From a virus, in the IMG/VR virus record IMGVR_UViG_3300029258_001887: 64,000 nucleotides of DNA; one strand, 5' to 3'. Below the pieces are notes generated by a model, which was not told the origin of the DNA, made no database searches, and saw nothing but the letters and a program-made list of their open reading frames with translations. Shown here one piece after another: positions 50,693-59,071 of this stretch (the stretch's first letter is position 1; each line of letters opens with the position of its first letter). A program made the translations under genes and the position numbers.

Positions 50693-51010
50693 TCAATCTC
50701 TTTGCCATCTTTCACGACGCCGATCTTTGGCTTGTTTGTTTTCGTTTCCCTCTTTTTGACGACCATACTTCCATGTGCGCTTTGGACGCCGGGGGCCACC
50801 CTGCTTCACAGCCGAACGATCGACCTGATAGCATTCACTACACTCGACTCTTCCAATCTTTGGATTCGTGTGGACTTCTCTACACTTCCCATGACATCGC
50901 AACTGGTGCCCACCGCCACAGGCACACAAGTCAATCCCAAGCAACCTCTTCAGTCGCTCAATCTTTTTCTGTTCTCTCTTCTTTTTGTTGCGACCTCTCT
51001 CGTTCGCCAT
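50693..51010 (-). CDS. basic Cys-rich hypothetical protein
   Basis: K/R-rich with several Cys. Confidence 0.5.
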   Translation of the reverse strand: MANERGRNKKKREQKKIERLKRLLGIDLCACGGGHQLRCHGKCREVHTNPKIGRVECSECYQVDRSAVKQGGPRRPKRTWKYGRQKEGNENKQAKDRRRERWQRD

Positions 51011-51013
51011 GAC

Positions 51014-51526
51014 TTACTCCTGCTCCGTTTCGCACTTCTGCCTCATCTTGTCGATCGCCCTACCCTTGATGCGGCAGATCGTGGAAGGGACAACGCCCTG
51101 ATCTTGGGATACTTCTCTCATTGTCTTTTCGTCAAAGAACAACCCGGCTATGACTGCACGTTCCTCTTCTGTCAGGCACGCCATCAGTTCTTCTACCATG
51201 ATGCGTGTATCCACATCGGTGTTCGGGCCAGCTATGCTCGACATCGCATCCAGCGACATAATCTGGATGCGCTTGGCTCTGTTCTCCACATTTCTCATGT
51301 GTCGGAAGATTCCGCTCAGACGGCCATGGAAAAATGTGATGAATGACCCGCTGCGCCTGTAGCAGATCATACACCTGAGTAATTCTTCCTCGGCTTGGGC
51401 TTTCAATTCCTCATTTTGTGTGTCGTCTATCCCGATTTGGAAAGCTAGCTTGTGAATCAGCGGAGCATACTGACGACGGGCCAGATCAAAGTATGCTTTA
51501 GTGATGCGACGTTGCCGTTTCATCAT
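51014..51526 (-). CDS. sigma-70 family (ECF-sized) sigma factor
   Basis: Y.PLIHKLA, SFITF; region 4 LTEEERAVI...TMREV...STICRIKGRAIDKMR. Confidence 0.8.
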   Translation of the reverse strand: MMKRQRRITKAYFDLARRQYAPLIHKLAFQIGIDDTQNEELKAQAEEELLRCMICYRRSGSFITFFHGRLSGIFRHMRNVENRAKRIQIMSLDAMSSIAGPNTDVDTRIMVEELMACLTEEERAVIAGLFFDEKTMREVSQDQGVVPSTICRIKGRAIDKMRQKCETEQE

Positions 51527-52182
51527 TTCCCAAATCCTTTGCTTACCGCCTGTTCCATGCGTGGTGTCCAGATGCCATCGATCATGCCGACCTTCACAGC
51601 CTGCTGCGGTGACATCCACTTGGTTTCGCTCATTAGCTGTAGCAACTGCTTCGTGGTGACCTTCATTCTCTTGGCGAGAGCAGCCACCTTTCTCTTGTAG
51701 TCCTCTTCGAGATACCCCGTCATCTGGCCATGTCTTTCTATCGAATCTGGGGAACTCTGAATAATCACTGAATGCAACATCATAGACGAGTTGGGCGTTG
51801 CGTATCGATGCCCCTTTGCTCCGAAGGCAGCGATCATTGCGGCCATCGAATGACTCTGGCCGCGAACAATCGTGTGGATAGGACACCGACATGCCAGCAT
51901 TTGATCGATGATGGCATACCCAGAGGCGAGACATCCACCTGGGCTGTTAATGTACATATACACCGGCTCTTTGCGCAAAGAGAATAGTTGTAGGTAGCTA
52001 CAGATGTGTGTGGATGCTATTTCGTTGATTTCACCTACGACCAACAGCCTCCGCGTTCTGACCATGAACTCTTCGACTATCTCATCCAACTGGATCGGCA
52101 TAGCTAGTTCTGGCTCGACAGGGCATTCGGTTTCGGGCTCGCCGCCATTTTTGGGCTTCTCGGTGTAACGACTAAACCTCAT
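51523..52182 (-). CDS. clpP: ATP-dependent Clp protease proteolytic subunit
   Basis: YINSPGG, SMAA (catalytic Ser), MMLH, WMSP..A...G.ID. Confidence 0.9.
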   Translation of the reverse strand: MRFSRYTEKPKNGGEPETECPVEPELAMPIQLDEIVEEFMVRTRRLLVVGEINEIASTHICSYLQLFSLRKEPVYMYINSPGGCLASGYAIIDQMLACRCPIHTIVRGQSHSMAAMIAAFGAKGHRYATPNSSMMLHSVIIQSSPDSIERHGQMTGYLEEDYKRKVAALAKRMKVTTKQLLQLMSETKWMSPQQAVKVGMIDGIWTPRMEQAVSKGFGK

Positions 52183-53056
52183 GTTTTTCTCCAAAGGGGT
52201 GACAACGCCTATGAACTTCCGCAAGTCGATCATGACTAATTGCCAGATAAGTCTGCGTTGTCGATAGGTGTTGATGACCCAGCAGAGCTTGCACGAGTTC
52301 GAGTTCCACACCACGATTCATAAGTGATGTGGCACAACTTCTACGCAACATGTGGGCTGTGGTGTGTTCCACACCAGCCCGACGCGAAAGGGACATCAGC
52401 ATATCGCTGACGGCACGGCGGGTCACCCGCTGCCCATTGGATTTTACGAACACAGCTTTGGTGTTGGATCGGCGCTCTGAATCCAAATATGCCCGTATTG
52501 CTTCAACACACCTTGGGGTAGTCGGAACTATTCTCTCACGACTCCCCTTGCCTTTGACTCGTATCTCTCGCCTGGAGAGGTTGATATCGTTGATGTTGAG
52601 TCCACACAATTCAGATACCCGAAGACCACTGTGGTATAGAGTCAAGACAATAGCGACATCGCGGCGAACGTTAGTGGCTCTGCATACGGGTACACGCTTT
52701 TCCACAGTGGCCACAAGAGCATCCACAGCTTCAGGTTCCAGGGCATCTGGTGTTCTCCTGCTGGTACGTACAGAATCAATCATATCCAGGGTGTTGGGGT
52801 CGAGCAGACCGAGACTGATGAGATGATGACACAGGCATCTTACAGACATACACTTACGACGCACCGTAGTCGGCTTCCGCCCACGGTGTCGCAGATTGCT
52901 AAGGAAGGTTTCAATTGATTGGGCAGTCAATTCTTGTGTCCCGATAAAATCAAGGAATTCCTGTGCATCTCTAGTGTACGCTGAAAGCGTCTCCTGTGAC
53001 AAACCAAGCTCAGTGCGGATGTATGTTTCAAAGCCGTCTATAATGGCTGTAGACAT
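52172..53056 (-). CDS. XerC/XerD-like tyrosine recombinase
   Basis: LS..T..AY..D, SGLRVSEL, GKG..ER, HMLRRS, LLGH..LSTTQTY. Confidence 0.92.
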   Translation of the reverse strand: MSTAIIDGFETYIRTELGLSQETLSAYTRDAQEFLDFIGTQELTAQSIETFLSNLRHRGRKPTTVRRKCMSVRCLCHHLISLGLLDPNTLDMIDSVRTSRRTPDALEPEAVDALVATVEKRVPVCRATNVRRDVAIVLTLYHSGLRVSELCGLNINDINLSRREIRVKGKGSRERIVPTTPRCVEAIRAYLDSERRSNTKAVFVKSNGQRVTRRAVSDMLMSLSRRAGVEHTTAHMLRRSCATSLMNRGVELELVQALLGHQHLSTTQTYLAISHDRLAEVHRRCHPFGEKHEV

Positions 53057-53073
53057 CGCAATCCTCTCGTCTT

Positions 53074-53102
53074 ATTATACGCCCAACTCCGACATCTGTT
53101 CC
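53074..53102 (-). promoter_or_regulatory. phage promoter GGAAC-N18-TATAAT upstream of Xer-like recombinase
   Basis: GGAAC AGATGTCGGAGTTGGG CG TATAAT. Confidence 0.8.
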
Positions 53103-53121
53103 ACATATTCCATTTTTTTTC

Positions 53122-53946
53122 TTACACCCGACGATGCTTGGATTCGACACCCTCCGTTCCGTCCTCAAGATTGACAATTCCGAGACCGTGGGCAAACAGC
53201 GGGGCTTTATCCTGTAGGATGCGGTAGACCTTAACAGCAAGAGCACGAATTTCAACATCCGCTGCCGGGTTGGCTCGAAGCTCGATCAGGTGTCGGACAG
53301 CCCTGGCGTTCATACTGACGACAATCTTCGTCTCAGTAGCGTTTGGCAGGACCGACCGCGCCGCCTGACGCGCCTTCTTGCGTCGTTCCAACCTGCTTTC
53401 GATATCTCCGTACATCTCAGACAGCTTACCCGTCAGTTCTTCGTAAAGCTCCCTAGACCGCTCGCAGTGCGCGACCCACTTCAGGTAGGAATCCTGGTCT
53501 GTCCTGGCCAACTCTTGGATTGCGGGCGGAACGATGAAGGCGACGTTGGACGAATCCACATACCGCTGACTCAACTGAGAGTACGACGCAATCCGATGTC
53601 GCACCAACTCATGTGTCAGACTTCGAGAAACGTTCCACATCGCAAAGTTGAATGTTGCATGTTCGATGCAGGCCCCATGCCCAACCTCGATCAGATGCTT
53701 GATGTGGTCTTCGTGAGACCTTCCCTTTGCGGTCTCGCCCTGCTTGGGCCACGACTGGTAGCACATGCGCCCGGCAAATTCAACGAGCCACTCTCCGTCG
53801 TCGTCTCCAAGACTCATCATAGATTCGAGCTTCTCCGTAAGCTCTGGCCATTCATACCCGTGTTCCTCAAGGAATCTCATGATTCCATCGATTTCCAATA
53901 CTGGCTTTCCAACCAATGCAACTTCTGGCTCAGTTACAAAACTCAT
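53122..53946 (-). CDS. thyX: FAD-dependent thymidylate synthase
   Basis: AGRMCY, EH, THELVRHRIASYSQLSQRY, ARSVLP, EIR. Confidence 0.95.
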   Translation of the reverse strand: MSFVTEPEVALVGKPVLEIDGIMRFLEEHGYEWPELTEKLESMMSLGDDDGEWLVEFAGRMCYQSWPKQGETAKGRSHEDHIKHLIEVGHGACIEHATFNFAMWNVSRSLTHELVRHRIASYSQLSQRYVDSSNVAFIVPPAIQELARTDQDSYLKWVAHCERSRELYEELTGKLSEMYGDIESRLERRKKARQAARSVLPNATETKIVVSMNARAVRHLIELRANPAADVEIRALAVKVYRILQDKAPLFAHGLGIVNLEDGTEGVESKHRRV

Positions 53947-53947
53947 T

Positions 53948-55405
53948 CTATTCTCCCTTGATCTCATAAGACAGCTTAACTCCGCTGAATTCACTCGGCA
54001 GGATCACGGCGAGTTGGTCAACGACCCTCTGCCTCAAATCCACCGCCACATCCAATACCACCTTCAATTCGTCTGGGGTGACCGTCTTGGCCGTCCTGTG
54101 CGGGAACATCAGCTTCAACAAACCAGACCCTATCCGAACCAACGATCGCTGGTTACGCTGAGACATATCACCGAAACACACATTCTCTGTGATCACCGGC
54201 GCATAGTTGCGGTCTCTCATCCGGTGCATGATTTCGCTGACATAATCTGCCATGAATCCAGCACCCTTGGCTAGCTTTGACTCTCTTATCTGAGGTATCT
54301 GCCATCCAGGAATGAATCCATGGATACGGTCAAGGAAAGCACGGTCTTGACTGACTGCTTGTGGCAGCGGAGCAAACAGGCTGCGATACCGAGCGGCCAC
54401 CGCCTTTTTCTGCCTGTCGCAGTCAATGTTGCCAGCGAACATGATGGAACACCCAGACGCAAACTCTGCCGTACCACGCCCGAAGCGTCCACTGTTCATG
54501 AAGTCTTTGAGCATATCGATGAGATCGCCCTGACCAGACCACTTGTTACCGTTGTGACCACCAGCAAACTCATCGAACATCACCACATCTCGATATCCGA
54601 CCAAGCCCAGTTGACGCCGCAACTTATCGTAGAACAGAGAAGCGACAGTGGTTTGACCACCAGAGACAACGAAGCCATAAGAGCTAAGGGACTGGTAAGC
54701 GAACGTCTTGCCTGTTTCCGGTGGGCCTAGCTCACAGAAATTTACGTTGGCTTCAATGAAGGGCACCAGCCGCACCATATACAACAGTTTCTCTTGGTGC
54801 GACAGAGCTTCGGGGTCAAAGCCGACACTGGTGATCATCAGGTCAAGCCACTCATCGTCTGTGAATCGCTCACGACGCTGAATCCATGTGTCGAGGTTGA
54901 TCCCGGTGATTTGCATAGGTCGGAATTCGGTGACCAGGAATGGGTACAGCTTTTTCCGCATGACGTAGGATTCATCGTACACGATTTTGAAGACACCCCA
55001 CGCCCCGGTTGTCAACAACGTGTCCCCGTACTCGGCTATGAGGTGCGGATTGATCCTGACATACTGGTTACCCAGCGCCGTGACATCAACCCAATATTCA
55101 TCCTTGCCCTCGTCGAACCGACAGCGGATACGACCAATCAGAGTGTATTCGCCTTGCTCCCTGATCCGACTTTTGACCAGTTCCTTTTGGTCCGATTCCA
55201 TGAAGTGATCGGTAAGCAGTTTGCTGATACGTTCCAGGCCGGGGGTTGGGTCTGTCGGGGTGACCATCTCGGAAATCAGGTAGTCCACCACAAATGCCGG
55301 GAGCTTGCGGAATTGCTCGCTGAGACACGCGAGACCTTTGTTTACAATAATTCCACGCTCACTGAAAACAGCGGCGGCTTTGTGTTTTGTCTCGATTCCG
55401 GTCAT
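53948..55405 (-). CDS. BrxL-like AAA+ ATPase lacking the Lon protease domain
   Basis: P.FVVDYL, R..FT.DEW.DL..S.G, ELGPPETGKT, TVASLFY, FDE, D.AFLDRIH..IPGW. Confidence 0.78.
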   Translation of the reverse strand: MTGIETKHKAAAVFSERGIIVNKGLACLSEQFRKLPAFVVDYLISEMVTPTDPTPGLERISKLLTDHFMESDQKELVKSRIREQGEYTLIGRIRCRFDEGKDEYWVDVTALGNQYVRINPHLIAEYGDTLLTTGAWGVFKIVYDESYVMRKKLYPFLVTEFRPMQITGINLDTWIQRRERFTDDEWLDLMITSVGFDPEALSHQEKLLYMVRLVPFIEANVNFCELGPPETGKTFAYQSLSSYGFVVSGGQTTVASLFYDKLRRQLGLVGYRDVVMFDEFAGGHNGNKWSGQGDLIDMLKDFMNSGRFGRGTAEFASGCSIMFAGNIDCDRQKKAVAARYRSLFAPLPQAVSQDRAFLDRIHGFIPGWQIPQIRESKLAKGAGFMADYVSEIMHRMRDRNYAPVITENVCFGDMSQRNQRSLVRIGSGLLKLMFPHRTAKTVTPDELKVVLDVAVDLRQRVVDQLAVILPSEFSGVKLSYEIKGE

Positions 55406-55415
55406 TGGTTTTCTC

Positions 55416-55673
55416 CTACAGGCCCAAAAGTGCTAGCGCATCCGAGCGCTGCACCATCGACTCTTCCTCAACAGGCTCAGGAACCGCCGTATTTGGCGTT
55501 CTCGTGGCCTCTGCTGGATTTGCCAGACAAGATAGGTGTACGGCACCCACCAGTCCCTCTGACGCCCCTGAGTAGCTACAATCGCTTTCTCCGTGACCGT
55601 CGCACTCCATCTGGCTACCCCAGAATACTTGTTCCCCAGGCTTTATTTTTTGACGGCAGACCAGACATTCCAT
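55416..55673 (-). CDS. small zinc-finger-like hypothetical protein
   Basis: CLVC...HLSC; GGAGG RBS. Confidence 0.5.
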   Translation of the reverse strand: MECLVCRQKIKPGEQVFWGSQMECDGHGESDCSYSGASEGLVGAVHLSCLANPAEATRTPNTAVPEPVEEESMVQRSDALALLGL

Positions 55674-56049
55674 TTTTGAGCCCTCCGCGCGCACCGCCGT
55701 TTTTTTTCTATACTGTTCTTGAATTCCTATCTGCTGGAATCTTCGATTCGGAGCACTGTATCGAATTGCTTCGACTAGAACCAATCACATCCTGTCTACC
55801 AGTTAGTAAATCATTGGTAATATCAGCGCTAGACGAGGAAATGTATGGGTTGTTAGAATAGTCAAGCACATCTGTACGGTGGTTAGTCAAGACCATCGCT
55901 CCGATTCGATGACCTGTTGCGCTGGCGATCCGATACGAAAGAAAACTATGATACTCTGTAAGTATAGAGAGTCCAAAATCGCAAAAGCGCTCCAAAAAAA
56001 TCGTGAAAATCTTTTTTTTATCTGATATCTAACATAATTTAAGCTATTA

Positions 56050-56664
56050 TTATTGATTGTCAATTTTAGCTTTAGTTTTGTGTGTCAAAGACCTTTTGAT
56101 GGACCATCCTGCTTTTAGGCGATATAGGATAGTTTGTATTGAAAGTCCTGTTTCTCTCGACCACTCGGAAACAGTTTGTTTTTTATTGTTGAATGTAATC
56201 CAGCGATTATTTCTTTTGTTTCTACTCTGCTCCAGCATAGTTGACCACTTACAATTTTCTGGGCAATAATGTCCATTATTATCAATTCGATCTATTGTGT
56301 GTCGAGATGTTGGTGGCAAACCCATGTCGGCCAAGAAGTTGACGAATTTTTTCCATCTATCACACACTACGATTCCACGACCACCGTAGTTGGAATAATG
56401 TCTATGCTTTTTATTAGTGCATCTTTGAATCATTAATGACCATGCTTTATAGATTTTTGATGATTGTTTGTTTTTTGAATGGCCGTGTTTCACGCGATTA
56501 CAACCACAACTTGTTGATAAACCCATCTTCAATTTGCTAGACTGAACAATTGTTGTGTTACCGCAATCACATATACATAACCATAGTACGTGACGGTTAC
56601 TGGCGGTTCCAGCCCTTTTTATCACTGTCAGTTTACCAAATCTAAGATTTTTTAGATTCAACAT
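56050..56664 (-). CDS. HNH-type homing endonuclease (YGGRGI family)
   Basis: RFGKLTV, WLC.CDCG, YGGRGI.VC, IDRIDN...NC.W; AT-rich. Confidence 0.85.
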   Translation of the reverse strand: MLNLKNLRFGKLTVIKRAGTASNRHVLWLCICDCGNTTIVQSSKLKMGLSTSCGCNRVKHGHSKNKQSSKIYKAWSLMIQRCTNKKHRHYSNYGGRGIVVCDRWKKFVNFLADMGLPPTSRHTIDRIDNNGHYCPENCKWSTMLEQSRNKRNNRWITFNNKKQTVSEWSRETGLSIQTILYRLKAGWSIKRSLTHKTKAKIDNQ

Positions 56665-56676
56665 GAGGTATTCCAG

Positions 56677-57168
56677 CTAAGAAACAGTGTTTCCTAACAG
56701 GGTGCGCAGCGCATCACGGTTAGCGAGCGTGTCGTCTCGTCCCATGTTGTCGATGATCAACTTTCCGTCGAGATGGTCAATTTCGTGTTGCCAAATCCTG
56801 GTTGTGTTTCCATCTCCTATAAATCTCAGCGGCTTACCATTGAGACCCTCGCCAGCCAAGGTTGACGATGTTGCCCTCTGTAGCGTTACGTTCACCTTTG
56901 GCAACGATAGACATCCTTCTGTTGATTCGATGCAACCGCTGACACAACTCAGCATGGGATTCCAGATTGCCTGATCCTGCCCGTCGTGGCTCCAGACGAA
57001 CATGCGGATGTTGAGACCGACTTGGGGAGCAGCTAGCCCGACCCCACGGTTCTTACGCATGATTTTCCACATCTTGGCTGCGAGGCGAGCCCTATCTTCC
57101 TGCGACTGTTTTGGTGCTTCGACGCAGGTGGCCAATAATCTCGGGTCTGGGTAGTAGACTAATCGCAT
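56677..57168 (-). CDS. def: peptide deformylase
   Basis: GVGLAAPQVG, EGCLS, QHEIDHLDG. Confidence 0.95.
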   Translation of the reverse strand: MRLVYYPDPRLLATCVEAPKQSQEDRARLAAKMWKIMRKNRGVGLAAPQVGLNIRMFVWSHDGQDQAIWNPMLSCVSGCIESTEGCLSLPKVNVTLQRATSSTLAGEGLNGKPLRFIGDGNTTRIWQHEIDHLDGKLIIDNMGRDDTLANRDALRTLLGNTVS

Positions 57169-57392
57169 TTCGCTTCCTCCAACAGATGCACTCCGAACCA
57201 CTTGGACGAATGGCGGTAGAGATCAAGCCAGTCCTGGAATTGCTCATCGCTTGCTTTTGCGTCTGGCAACTCAAGCTCAGACACCGGACCAAACCACAGT
57301 TGCCGGAATACGTCTGATATCTCGCAGTGACGAACCTCGACTGTGGTATCGCCGAGACGACATCTAACGACTGTCGGGATCAGATCGTCCAT
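57159..57392 (-). CDS. hypothetical protein
   Basis: Short coupled ORF. Confidence 0.45.
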   Translation of the reverse strand: MDDLIPTVVRCRLGDTTVEVRHCEISDVFRQLWFGPVSELELPDAKASDEQFQDWLDLYRHSSKWFGVHLLEEAKCD

Positions 57393-57546
57393 TGCTTTCC
57401 TTCCTTGCAAGTAGCGTGCCAGTGATTCTTTTTGCGGCACTGCCTATCAGAAGTTTTGTTATCGGACCATGAGCGCGTATTGTTTCGCGCAGGCTACCGA
57501 CTACGATTCTGTTAATCCGTTGTTTCTCTGTTTCCTTTCTGCCCAT
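57364..57546 (-). CDS. hypothetical protein
   Basis: Short basic ORF with GAGG RBS. Confidence 0.45.
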   Translation of the reverse strand: MGRKETEKQRINRIVVGSLRETIRAHGPITKLLIGSAAKRITGTLLARKESNGRSDPDSR

Positions 57547-57557
57547 GCCTCACCATC

Positions 57558-57962
57558 CTAGCAACTGATCTTCTCCGTCAGCCTTGCGACACCTTCCTGG
57601 TTCGTCTGTTTCTCTGGGTATGCGAAGTGCTTATGGACGAGTTTCCCGTTGAAGAAAACGCCGTAGTAGCGGTCATCGACTATCCCCACCATGAATTCAG
57701 GCAGGCCGTCTGGGAAAAACTGGGCGACGAACTCATCCACCTCATCTTCATCATCCAGCAGCATATCGAGGTAGTGACCCTCTTTGGTCTGGAGTTCTGG
57801 ACAACTCAGGTTGTCCCCTTCGACGACCACCTCGCCAGTGCAGGACTCACCCCACCCTTCGTACAGATGGTCTTGATGCCACGCTGCGAGTTCTTCTGTG
57901 TCGAAAAACCTGGGGTATGCAGAACCGTCCCCACCGTTGTCCACAGAGTAGTAAAGCGTCAA
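57558..57962 (-). CDS. hypothetical acidic protein
   Basis: ORF fills the gap; GGAGG upstream. Confidence 0.55.
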   Translation of the reverse strand: MTLYYSVDNGGDGSAYPRFFDTEELAAWHQDHLYEGWGESCTGEVVVEGDNLSCPELQTKEGHYLDMLLDDEDEVDEFVAQFFPDGLPEFMVGIVDDRYYGVFFNGKLVHKHFAYPEKQTNQEGVARLTEKISC

Positions 57963-58047
57963 CTAAGCCATTTTGTTCCCTCCGAAACACATACACAGTA
58001 AACTGGTTGTGGCTGATGCCTACAAATCGAATGGCGCAAAGGCCGAA

Positions 58048-58153
58048 CACCGATTGGGGGACTTGAACCCCCAATACGGGCGAGACGCCGCAGACCACAG
58101 CCCGGCAGTCCTTAACGTCCCTTGGCTATCCCCGTATCGCACCATGCATCGGC
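58048..58153 (-). ncRNA. atypical tRNA-like RNA (106 nt)
   Basis: GCCGAT/ATCGGT acceptor-like stem; perfect T-arm GGGGG-TTCAAGT-CCCCC; ATACGGG/CCCGTAT stem enclosing ~50 nt; intergenic. Confidence 0.6.
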
Positions 58154-58159
58154 AGCCGT

Positions 58160-58348
58160 TTAGAGCTTGAAAGTCTTACCGATAGAGGGGCACCGCTGCA
58201 CCTCTTCGATGATCCAAGCTCGTAGTCTTGCTTCGAGCTTCTCAAGAGCATCTTTCGACACCCTGGTAATTGGCATTCCGGGACGCATACTTTTGAACTT
58301 CGCCAGGATGAACTTCTTTGTCGCAGCTTGATTAAGGATGCTCGACAT
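58160..58348 (-). CDS. small basic protein, candidate histone fold
   Basis: 62 aa; helix-RVSKDAL-long helix-GKT pattern as in prokaryotic histones. Confidence 0.45.
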   Translation of the reverse strand: MSSILNQAATKKFILAKFKSMRPGMPITRVSKDALEKLEARLRAWIIEEVQRCPSIGKTFKL

Positions 58349-58554
58349 TACCTACCTCCCACTTGACGGTTCCGGGTACTTGTGGTGCGCCGCTGGCGAT
58401 ACTCAGGCTTGTCTTTTTGCGACACTCGCTTTCCCAGAGCCTCTTCGATTTCGCCAATGAAAGACGAGCATTCTGGGCCAATAAATCCTTCTCCGTCTAT
58501 AGAACAGTTGCCATCATGATCAATTTCAATAACAATTTGTTTTTGTTGTCTCAT
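58348..58554 (-). CDS. DUF2997-like protein
   Basis: I.I.IDHDG...GF.G..C......E.ALG. Confidence 0.7.
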   Translation of the reverse strand: MRQQKQIVIEIDHDGNCSIDGEGFIGPECSSFIGEIEEALGKRVSQKDKPEYRQRRTTSTRNRQVGGR

Positions 58555-58556
58555 AT

Positions 58557-59069
58557 CTATTGCCTTTCAACTTCTTTGTATGTTTTTCCGCTTTTGATTT
58601 CACTAATTATAGAGTGGCTGACGCCCAGTCTTTTTGATATGGATGTGACAGTCTCGCCATCGACAATGGCAAGCAGTATGTTTTTTACTTGCTCTACCGA
58701 GAACTTCGCCTGTGCATTTTTGCTACCCGTAGTAGCGGTTCCATGGCGAATAGCATCTTGCATATTGTCTGATCTTGTTCCCCAGGCTAGGTTGCGACTA
58801 TTATTGTTCGTTTTGCACCCATCGAGATGCAGTACTTCGTGTTTATTAGAAGGGCGTGGGCCAACGAATGTTTCGGCAACGATGGTGTGTACCCTCTTTC
58901 TGGTCCTTTTCCCATTTCGATACAAACACACCATCAAGTAGTTTCCATTGTCTGGCATCTGTGACAAAATTGTATTGGGTTGTGCTCCTTGACCGCCTTT
59001 GATGCGTTTAATACTGCCGGTATCGGATACTTGGTATATACCTTCATATCCAACCACATCTTTCCACAC
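58557..59069 (-). CDS. NUMOD4-HNH homing endonuclease
   Basis: WKDVVGYEGIYQVS, VH..VA, HLDG..NN...NLAWGT. Confidence 0.9.
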   Translation of the reverse strand: MWKDVVGYEGIYQVSDTGSIKRIKGGQGAQPNTILSQMPDNGNYLMVCLYRNGKRTRKRVHTIVAETFVGPRPSNKHEVLHLDGCKTNNNSRNLAWGTRSDNMQDAIRHGTATTGSKNAQAKFSVEQVKNILLAIVDGETVTSISKRLGVSHSIISEIKSGKTYKEVERQ

Positions 59070-59071
59070 AG

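Noticed and set aside
51527-51934. 306-aa version of the sigma factor ORF
   Set aside because: The extension overlaps clpP in another frame; the ATGA-coupled start at 51526 fits better
53948-55405. Complete BREX defence system
   Set aside because: No brxA/B/C, pglX or pglZ in the window
54794-55861. 355-aa + strand ORF and other long antisense ORFs (e.g. 53290..53961, 42165..42770, 50702..51346)
   Set aside because: These are shadows of well-supported minus-strand genes and show no motifs
58048-58153. Canonical tRNA-His or full tmRNA
   Set aside because: Arm spacing does not fit a cloverleaf and there is no room for a tag reading frame; kept only as tRNA-like
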